From the NCBI RefSeq assembly GCF_006345805.1, contig NC_043003.1, positions 5,456,001 through 5,520,000 on the forward strand: a stretch of 64,000 nucleotides of DNA, given 5' to 3'. Below, in pieces: positions 54,042 to 64,000 of the stretch (position 1 is the first letter of the stretch; every line of letters begins with the position of its first letter). The position numbers and the translations under genes were made by a program. This stretch comes from Octopus sinensis. Lineage: Eukaryota. A model generated the notes under the pieces. That model had not been told where the DNA came from, did not search any database, and saw only the letters and a program-made list of their open reading frames with translations.

Positions 54042-54239
54042 TTCAGCCATTATCTATTTAGGAATACACCATCGATCGTGTCCTTCATTATCCCCAGATA
54101 TAGTCTGCTCCTTTTAGCACGATGAGCGAACATATTGAAGCTCAGACATTGGCTGAAATTTCAACATTATAATACATTTCAACATTATAATAGAAACGGC
54201 AGTAAAATATGTAGCAATTACTATCAATTATGAATAAAT

Positions 54240-54660
54240 AAATATGGCGGTTGATATCACCTAGAAATATATTGTAGTAAAGACAGTAACTTGACTATAT
54301 GACGAGCTGACATTGGTTGCGCGTACATGGCAGAGGATATCATAGAGAAATATATAACAGAATTACCAGCTATGTTATAATTAATATGTTCATATCAAAT
54401 TCTCTGTAGACTGTAGTGGATATGACACGTGCAGTAGAGCGCTATCAGCTGTTGGAATATATTAATTAGTATATTGATATTAATTTTCCGGAGACAATAG
54501 AAGATATCATAACTGTATTGTAACGATATAAAGTAGAGGAATATATGATAATTAATATGTTCATATTAATTTTGTGACTATAATGGTAGATATCACACAG
54601 AAAGTGAAGAAATATCAATTAATTGCGTATATAGATGTGATAATTAGTATGCAAATATAA
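54240..54660. repeat. Degenerate tandem repeat of about 84 bp, 5 units
   Basis: GATAT(C/G)A at 54253, 54336, 54419, 54503 and 54589, with recurring TAATTAATATGTTCATAT. Confidence 0.6.
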
Positions 54661-54942
54661 ATTTTTATAGACATTTACCTTATATATACACACATAGAAT
54701 GAGACAGAGAGAAAGAGAAACAGAGAGATATCGGTATTCTGGTTTTATATATATATATATATACATGCATATATTCAAGTGTATATACAAACATATACAC
54801 GCACGCACGCACACACAGATGTATATGTATACATGTATATGTATATATGTTTATATAATATATATATGTGTGTGTGGTGTGATACACATGTCTACAATAT
54901 GCGTGTGTATATATATATATGTTTTATATTCAAAACATATAA

Positions 54943-54994
<52 letters not shown>

Positions 54995-56021
54995 ATACAT
55001 AGATATATATATAGACATATACTTATATATATATCTATATACTTATATATATATATATACATATATACACATGCACACATGTATATATAAATTTATGAAT
55101 GCATGCATATACAGACACACATGGGTGTATATATATATGTGTGTGTATGTGTGTGTGTATGTATATATATAGATATGTGTGTGTGCGTGTATATATATAT
55201 ATATGTGTGTTTGTGTGTGTATATATATATATATATATATGTGTTTGTGTGTATATATATATATATATATATATGGTGTGTGTGTGTGTTTGTGTGTATA
55301 TATATATATATAATTTCATACGTGTGTGCGCATAAATGTACTCTATATAAATACTCACACAAACACCAGTTACCTGTCTATCTAGTTATCATTCTGATCA
55401 TACACAAACACACGCCCATGCACACATACATCTGTATATACGTGTGTGTGTGTGTGTATTAATACATACATACAACATACGTAGATCATATGTATATGTA
55501 TATATAGGCTAGATAGACTATTGGTCGCTGTTTCCATTGCAGAGGGAGTGCCTTCAGATGAAGACTTATTTATGGGATTTATTTGTTCTTTTTTGTTTCT
55601 TTTATTTGTTCTTTTTCTTTCTTGATCTTTTCTTCTTTTTTTTTTCCCTTTCTGCTTCTACTTCTCTTTTATGTGTTTGCGTGTGTGTGTTTTTATAGCT
55701 GAAATCGCGAATATAAATCCGGCTAAGAATATAATAGAATCCATAGGAAAGAATGACCAAAGATAGTGAAGAAGGAATGGAAGCTGGAAGTGGAGAGAGC
55801 GGTTGGGAAGAGGTAGATGGAAACAGAATTAGAAATAAAAAAGAAAAAACAACAAGTAAAAAAATAAATATAAACGAAGATATGGCAAAAAATATTTAGA
55901 TTTTGGAATAAGGTAACGATGAGGAAATATTTTTAGAAAACAGTCGTAAATACAGAGGCCATATACAGCACACACACACAAACACATACACAACACACAC
56001 ACACAACACATATATATATAT

Positions 56022-56066
<45 letters not shown>

Positions 56067-56551
56067 GTACATACACACGCACGCATATAAGAATATGTAT
56101 TGTTTAGATGTTAACGTATGTGTTATACATATATGTGTTAGTGTGTTAGTGTTAGTGTGTATACATATACTCTTATATATGTGTGTGTTTATATATGTAT
56201 AATTGTATGTACATATTTGTTTACATGCATGTATACGCGCGTATGTATGTATGTATACATATATATATACGTAAATTATGATCAGTAACACAACCATAAA
56301 TATGCACACTATATTTTTCATCCAGGATTTTCATGCTGAGAGAACAAAGAATGCACTTCATGCGGGATATACAACATTAAGTCGATCCTTTATTAGGTGG
56401 AGTTCAAGTCAATCGTGCTGAATCAAGGAGCTGAGAAGAATATGTTATTTAGTAATAGCAGGAGTCGGATCTAAGCAAGGGTCTCCTACTATTTGCCTTC
56501 TTTCAAATAGCATCCACCGCTGGCAACCTATAAGTGGTATTTGAAGGACAG

Positions 56552-56788
56552 CGAGCGAGCTGGCAGAAACGTTAGCAGGCCGGGCGAAATGCTTAGCGGT
56601 ATTTCGTCTGCCGTTACGTTGTGAGTTCAAATTCCGCCGAGGTCGACTTTGCCTTTCATCCTTTCGGGGTCGATAAATTAAGTACCAGTTACGCACTGGG
56701 GTCGAGGTAATCGACTTAATACCTATATCTGTCCTTGTTTGTTCCCTCTGTGTTTAGCCCCTTTGTGGGTAATAAAGAAATAGGTATT
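56552..56788 (+). mobile_element. Meta-like SINE, tail A, with a 16-bp TSD
   Basis: TSD GGTATTTGAAGGACAG at 56536-56551 and 56783-56798, overlapping the SINE's own GGTATT 3' end. Confidence 0.95.
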
Positions 56789-57138
56789 TGAAGGACAGAC
56801 ATTTCGTCCATGATATCATATGGTACCTTCTGGTGAGTGTTAGAGAAATTGGAGTCCTATACTGTTAAAGCCAGTAAATGCAGTTTCTGCCCAAGCTGGA
56901 GTACACTAGACGTCTAGGCTTCGGATATTCAAGTCTGCACGGAGCGGTTGCTTACCCTATCAGCATATGTGTATACATCTGCGCACTTCCTACAGCATTA
57001 AGAATATTTTAACTCTTATTTCTAGCAAATTGGCACGTTGGCACCCTTAGTCACACTTGGTGACGATTATGTGTGTGTGTGTGTAATTATATATATATAA
57101 ATACATACACACACACACACCACACACACACGTACTTA

Positions 57139-57959
57139 CAAGTGTGATGGGTAAATTGTTGCCATTTTATATTTTCAATTTCGCGCAGGCGCATTGTTTG
57201 TTTTTGATTTTGTCGACTACTCAGTATAGTAGGTTCAGTTGGGCACCGTCTGTGAGAAACACAGCACTATGACACAATTCACTCTGCCAGAAATTCGGAA
57301 ACGACATGCTGTACTGCTTTGCATTCATGCCGGAAGATTCAATAGGAACAGATGGTGAACACACAGAACAACTGTTGACTTGCTGTGTCCCCAAAACATG
57401 TACCGATATTGATAAAAATCAAACACCCAGTCCACATCATGGTGTTTGTAGTGATCATTCGTGATGGCGACGTTATGCCCCCATTCATATTCCTACATAG
57501 ATGCTTACGTCAAGTGCCTGGAGGAGGTAATACTGCCCTGGTTGAAGAGGGTGGCTGCTGGAAGACCCAATGTCCTGGCAACAGGACATGGCACACAAGC
57601 AGGAGTACCCAATTATGATTGTCAGACAATTTCTGCGACTACATCAACCCTAACATCGAGCCTCCTAATTCCTAAAATTGCAACCCCTTTGTTCATTATG
57701 TGTAAGGTTGCAGTTAAACGCCAAAGATTATGACAGCATTCACCAACTTAAATAACTAGACCGTCCAGAAGAGTTGCAGGAGATTAAGAAGTCGTCTGGA
57801 GGCAGTAGTTGAAGCCAATGGCGATTTTATTAGATAAATTTTCTCTTTAGTATTTCCAGATATTTTATGCAATTTAGGTAATAATATCTATTAATTTGAG
57901 ATACCAGTGTTATTTTCATTTTTGCGTAATTTAGACGACAATATATTCATCACACCCTG
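57139..57959 (+). mobile_element. Internally deleted maT/DD37D-like DNA transposon
   Basis: KHPVHIMVF...DGDVMPPFIF and AYVKCLEEVILPWLKRVAAGRP; imperfect TIRs CAAGTGTGATGGGTAAATTGTTGCC and (reverse) CAGGGTGTGATGAATATATTGTCGTC. Confidence 0.8.
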
Positions 57960-58049
57960 TTTGATATACATATATCTGAGCATATGTTTAAGTTGCTGTA
58001 TGTATGTGTATATTATTACATGTTTGTGTGTGTTTGTGTATGTGTGTAA

Positions 58050-58418
58050 ATATATGTGAAATACCTCCATTTTACATAATATTGAGGTCTCATTCTTTTG
58101 TTGTCATATTCCCTGGCCAATTCCAGATCACAGCATACATGTACACTGCAACATAATTTCTTTTCCTCAACAGGCCCTGCCCTATTTAACATTGTCCCGA
58201 AAGGGATCAAAGAGGAAAAGCATCCCATCAACTTTAAACGGAGTTTGGATAGATTCCTTCAAGGAATACCAGATAAGCCACCCATAATTGGATACAGCTC
58301 ACTACTTGAATGGACCATAAACAAAACTTGACTTAAACAGGATTCAAATAATCCTATCAGGTGGTGCTATTAAGTTAGACATGGCCTGGACCAATCTTTG
58401 GTCGAAACATATCTAAGT
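58050..58418 (+). mobile_element. CR1-type LINE 3' end (different subfamily)
   Basis: HNFFSSTGPALFNIVPKGIK...FKRSLDRFLQGIPDKP; same 3'UTR motif; followed by (TA)n. Confidence 0.88.
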
Positions 58419-58420
58419 TT

Positions 58421-58455
<35 letters not shown>

Positions 58456-59808
58456 GGTTTTGTGTGTGTGTGTAGGTGGGGGATTGTAATGCTATGCCAA
58501 TAACTAAATCCCAGAATAAAGATAGATAGATATTTATATTGTAAGGAATAGAAAGAGGAAGAAGCGAGTCTAATATTCTTCCGAAGAATTCCCAGATAAT
58601 CGATAGGTAAGTGAAAGTATTGGGGTAACTGAAAGAGAGGACAATCTAGAAGTTTCGGACTGTAGTAGTGGTACAGGAGGGAGGGTTTCTTTCTTGGAGG
58701 GGAAGCGTATCTCGAGGTAGGAATAGGAACAAACAATGCAATTCATGCGTCTGGAGAGAAAGTGGTGGGGAGAGTATTCATCTTGCTTGGTGACGAAACA
58801 GTAGAACATGTAGTGTGGATGTGTGTTTGTATGCACGTGTATGTGTGCACAATCATGTACATATATATATATATATGTATGTAAGCATCTATATATGTAT
58901 GCACCCACACACACTCACACACATATATACTTGCGTATATTTATGTACGTGTGTCTGGGTATGAGTAGAGAGAGAGATAGGTAGATTTTATTTATGTATG
59001 TGTATATATATATATATATATATATACACGTACAGAGAGAGAGAGAGGGAAGCAGAGAGAGAGACATTGTTGAATAAATTATTCTTTCTGTACACATTGT
59101 ATGCGTGTGTGTGTGTGTGTGAATATGTGATTGTGTGTGTGTGTATTTGTGTGCATTCATTTCTATTAATATTTTCCTGTCCATTTAAAATGCATAAAAT
59201 CGATCATATTTTCCTAATAAATATTCGAGAACAGCTCGAACCCCAAACATGTGTATTCTCAAACAAACCCAACAAGAAACGACGAAATGTAGTTAATATC
59301 ATGCAATGCAAGCTCCTAGCAAACTAAACTTAATTATCGCCGCGTTAATCCACTCACGTATGCTTTCTGTTTGACTAGATATAACACCAACAAATATGGC
59401 CGACTCTCAGCGGAAATTTTCTTTGTTATTCACATAATTACACCTCCGGCCTATAAATTTTATTGGTAGTACATTAAGGAAAGGTGAGCCAGAAAATAAA
59501 AACATTCGCTAAACTGTTTGTTTTTCCTTCGTGCACTAGCATTAGGGGATATGGACTGAGTGAGAACTTTGGATTTCCAGAACAGCTTAAGTGAAATAAC
59601 CGCCAAAATATATTGACAAGAGCAAGACTTAATTCGGCCATAACAAATCACAAACTTCTCTCATCGGGCATAGATATTGGCGACAGACCAATGGATATTA
59701 TAGTTGGTGAAACCGGACAGGAAGTTTAATTTCCGGTGACGAGGGTAAGGCATTCTTTCTTAAGCAGGTGACCAACAAACTGACGAATACCACCACCATC
59801 AACACCAT

Positions 59809-59861
<53 letters not shown>

Positions 59862-60217
59862 ACTACTACTACTACCACTACACCGTGACTAAATATTACT
59901 GCACACACTTCAGATATATCTCGACTAATGGCAACGTCTTGTGGCTTAACCGATGACAGAGCGCTTCAAGTCAACATTACAATGGCTCACTAATAAATCG
60001 TGTATTTCCTTAAGGATGATAAGCAAACACACACACAGGCACAAACGCATACGCACACACACTAACTTGCACACAGACACACACACACACACACGTTCGT
60101 GTGTGTGTCTATGTCTGTATTTATATATTATATATATATAGTTATAAACAGATAAACGTTTAGATAAATGTGAATATAACTAAATATTCACACACACGCA
60201 CATGCATATATAATCAA

Positions 60218-60258
<41 letters not shown>

Positions 60259-60308
60259 TATATATATGTATATACATATATGTGTAATCATATATATATA
60301 TATATATA

Positions 60309-60343
<35 letters not shown>

Positions 60344-60384
60344 ACATATATGTGTAATTATATATATATATATACGTATATATA

Positions 60385-60415
<31 letters not shown>

Positions 60416-60730
60416 CTCACTCATATAAACACATGTTTATGTGTGTGTGTGTGTGTTCGCATACATGTGCGTGCGTGCATATATATATGCCCAAGATACT
60501 AAGGCTGCTAATCGATATTTTATTAGATTTAATTTTTTTAGAAATCGATGCTATTTATTCCGATTTATCAAACTGGCATCGGGCCACAATTTTTGACGGG
60601 GAAATTCTCAATTATTCCCGGACACCAATACATGACTGCTACATATTTTATCGATTATTGATAAATGAGAATGTGAGATTCAACAAGATGTGAACCTAGA
60701 ACGAAAAAGAATTCCGCCAAACAACGCCGC

Positions 60731-60785
<55 letters not shown>

Positions 60786-61610
60786 TGTGTAGGTTTTTCG
60801 AGTAAATAGCAATGGGAAACTCAGCTAAACAACGCCGCCAACCACTTTACGCGATGCTCTACCAATTTTACTATTTGCAGCCCTAATGTAATATATATGT
60901 ATATCTGAATCAGATATATTTTGGATAAAATCAATAGTTTTATTGATACGGATTTGTAATAGTTTGATAGGGAAATGGTGTCAATTGAACTGCTACGAAA
61001 CGAGTTGATAGAATATGAGCCCCAGGAGGGTTGAAGTGTGTAAGTTTTGTGCATAACGACCAGACTTGTATTGTCACTGAAGGTTCTTTATTTCCCCTTC
61101 CCCAGTTAACTGTGAATGTGCGCAAGTTTTTAGTAAACAGATTCCATTTGTAACTAACACGTACTTTCTACTATGTACTCTCCGGTTTTTGTGGCAGTAG
61201 TGCATCATTTGAGGGAAAATTGGTTGTTGTTTCTAGCAAGTGTAAAGCTATGCATAGAATATCGCGCGTTCAAACTGCTGTTGACGGTGAGATTTGTCCC
61301 CAGTTCAACTCTGATAAAGAAGATGCACGGGGGTGGATGATCAGGGGATATGCTTTGAGCCATGGGACTCTAGACCTGTTATAAACCACTTAGTGTGGAA
61401 TAGTATCATTTTAATCTCAGAAGAACGAGTGATGTAAAGATTTGCATCAGTTTAAATTAAGGTAAATAACTGAACAGATCCAATGCCATAAATTTGGATG
61501 AGTTGATGTATTCAATGGTGAATGCAGCACATTTTTACACAACTGAAATTCGTTTCTTAGACAGAATTTAACAAAAAAGTATAAACTAATGGCATTATTA
61601 GAGTCTCTCT

Positions 61611-62016
61611 TAAGGTGGCAAGCTGGCAGAATCGTTAGCACGCCGGGCGAAATGCGTAGCCGTATTTCGTCTGCCGTTACGTTCTGAGTTCAAATTCCGC
61701 CGAGGTCGACTTTGCCTTTTATCCTTTCGGGGGCGATAAATTAAGTACCAGTTATACACTAGGGTCGATATAATCGACTTAATCTGTTTGTCTGTCCTCG
61801 TTTGTCCTCTCTATGTTTAGCCCCTTGTGGGTAGTAAAGAAATAGGTATTTCGTCTGTCTTTGCGTTTTGAGTTCAAATTCCGCCGAGTCACCTTTGCCT
61901 TTCACCCTTTCAGAGATCAATAAATTCAGTACCAGTTGCGTACTGGGGTTGATCTAATCGACTGGCTTCCTCCCATAAAAATTTCGGTCCTTGTGCTTAG
62001 AGTAGAAAAGATTATT
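61611..62016 (+). mobile_element. SINE heterodimer (head, tail-A unit, tail-B unit)
   Basis: Junction AATAGGTATT|TCGTC at 61850/61851; ATTATTAGAGTCTC at 61594-61607 and 62011-62024. Confidence 0.9.
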
Positions 62017-62409
62017 AGAGTCTCACAACGAAAAGGGGAGATCATTTCGTAAAACTAAAGAATCGGTGTTTTGTTGAGCCAGAATCTTTATCTGAAGTCA
62101 ATCTCTGAAGTTGATTGGTGATTGAAGTAGACACATGGACCAACCTCTAAAGAAGAGTCTTTACTCTATTTATATATGACAGAGTGTGTGTGGGGGGTGT
62201 ATATGCTTGTGTGTGAATGTGTGTGTGTGAATTCAAACAAACCAACACGCATACGAAAATCATTCTTTTGGATATGTCGTTGTTATATAACTGTTTGAAC
62301 GTTTTCTTCAGAACATATCAGAGTGAAGCCTTCGAATGGATCGTACTTGGAGGGAGTCTGTGTCTGTTGTGATGGCAACCGTATAATGTATCACGGCTGT
62401 AGAATATTG

Positions 62410-62620
62410 CTTTCAAATTTTAACACAAGGCCGGTATTTTCGGAGGAGGAGGAGGTAAGACGATTACATCGAACCTTAGTGCTCAATTGGTCTATTGACG
62501 CCGAAAGTATAAATAACAAAGTCAACATCGGCGGAATTTGAACACTGAACGTAGAGACAGAAAAAATTCCGCCAAGCATTTGGCTCGATGTGCTAACGAT
62601 ACTGCCAGCTCACCGCTTTG
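62410..62620 (-). mobile_element. Old Meta-like SINE, tail B
   Basis: Reverse head TGCTAACGATACTGCCAGCTCACCGC; decayed core. Confidence 0.7.
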
Positions 62621-63549
62621 CTGACAACTATTATTAATACCCTGGCAGAATACTCTAACGATTGTCTCACTTCTCTTGCTTTTGGAGCCCAAACATTCAG
62701 TGGGGATTCGAACTCTTTTCTCTCCTGCTAAGTCATTATATATTAACAAAAAAATAAGAGCCAAATACAATACAGAAGGTATTTAATAGGTACCGCATTT
62801 TTAAGGATGAAAGGTAAAATCGAACTTGGCAGAACTTGAACTCATAACCTACAGGACATGAACATGTTGCGTTTATCATCGGATTCTACGGCATCCAGCG
62901 CTATTAATTACGGCATATGGTATTATGAAACTAATTTTACAAAGAAAAGAAGTTTGTACCGGAAGTGTTACTTCTCGGCTTCATTTAAAACAAAATGTCT
63001 CAGAGCATCTGAATATCACAATATTGTACATTGAACAGGTTTACGTGTGCTGATGTGCTTACCGATGTGTGTGTGTGTGTGTGTGTATGAGTGTATTCAT
63101 CGTTGTAGATGTGTTTGTGTCTGTGCGTTGGTGGGTATTTATGACTCTTTCATTGTAGTATTGAAAGCATGATCAGAAGTCAGTGGGATCAAGGTTGAAC
63201 AACAGCAATAACGAGAATTACAGGCTCACAAATGAACGGTCACGTCAGGATGATCGTCAGCTTCACATGTTTCCAGCAAACTAGCAGTGGCCATGCTGGA
63301 GTACCGACAGCATATCTACAACAGATCTCTCTTCCCCACATTGTTAGTTGACGAAGGAAAGAATTATGTCCCTCATCTTCTACATATCTCTTCCTATTGT
63401 GCAAATCAACAGAGGACTCTAAGGGAGCAGATGGCTCAAAATATGTCGCTGGATGCTGTTGTTGCTAGTGGTGCTGGTAGTGTTGTAGTTGTGGTTGTTG
63501 CTGCTGTAATTGTTGTTGTTAAGCAACAAGACGGGTAAGGGTGATTAGG

Positions 63550-63728
63550 TGATGGTTTAGGACTTAGAGACGGGAGGCCCCAGACCTTGGAAAAAAAAAC
63601 TTTGGTCGTCTTGTTGTAGTCGAGGGCTCTTCGATGATGCCCGACACCACTGGGAGGTGGCCCTCGAAGTCGCTGGAAATAGAGATCTCCAGGTCCAAAT
63701 TCTTGAACGGCGGTTGTTGCTGCTCATG
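63550..63728 (-). pseudogene. Unidentified high-GC3 coding-like relic with an apparent frameshift
   Basis: PPFKNLDLEISISSDFEGHLPVVSGIIEE (26 of 31 counted codons end in G/C), then in another frame LDYNKTTKVFFSKVWGLP (14 of 18). Confidence 0.35.
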
Positions 63729-63757
63729 TTATGGTTACTGCTGTTGTCTTTGTTGCT

Positions 63758-63808
<51 letters not shown>

Positions 63809-63917
63809 TAGTAGTTGTTGATGTTGGTAGAGGTAGTGTTGTTTTATTGTTGTATTTCTAATTGACATTACGGCAGAATTGCCACATCCAGCAGCAGTTG
63901 ATTCCATGACTGCTCAC

Positions 63918-63977
63918 CAGCATCTAATCCAGCGACAGTGGGATTAAAAGCGTGCCAGCCATGGCAATTCTGCCACT
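63918..63977 (-). CDS. Low-confidence exon: (x)WQNCHGWHAFNPTVAGLDA(x)
   Basis: Acceptor ttttgcag (or ctttag, starting the exon at 63993); donor CTG|gtgagc; 60 nt, phase 1-1, open frame; at the window edge. Confidence 0.22.
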
Positions 63978-64000
63978 CTGCAAAACTATTCCACTAAAGT

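Noticed and set aside
63287-63538. Plus-strand ORF MAMLEYRQHIY... with a gtaagg donor
   Set aside because: The C-terminal third is GTT/GCT microsatellite; no homology recognised; opposite strand to the better exon candidates.

Overview
A 64-kb, very AT-rich eukaryotic window dominated by simple repeats and transposon relics. The SINE families and microsatellite load look like an octopus/cephalopod genome (inference from recognised repeat motifs). Almost all ORFs in the supplied track are microsatellite read-through artefacts. Supportable content: many tRNA-derived SINEs, including head-plus-tandem multimers flanked by target-site duplications; fragments of RTE, CR1-type and R4/Dong-type LINEs; Penelope-like repeats with minimal hammerhead-like motifs; Tc1, maT-like and possibly piggyBac and hAT relics; a 400-bp non-autonomous Helitron; and several fold-back elements. 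Only two short minus-strand segments look like real host exons (39352-39444 and 13148-13242). They are phase-compatible across about 26 kb and encode a MAM-like (alternatively FN3-like) extracellular domain, so most of the window is probably intron of one very large gene. The most interesting leads are a SINE that appears to insert into its own head, a candidate exon/intron dsRNA stem at the right edge, and an unexplained high-GC3 coding relic at about 63.55-63.73 kb. No complete gene, tRNA/rRNA gene or CRISPR array is present.
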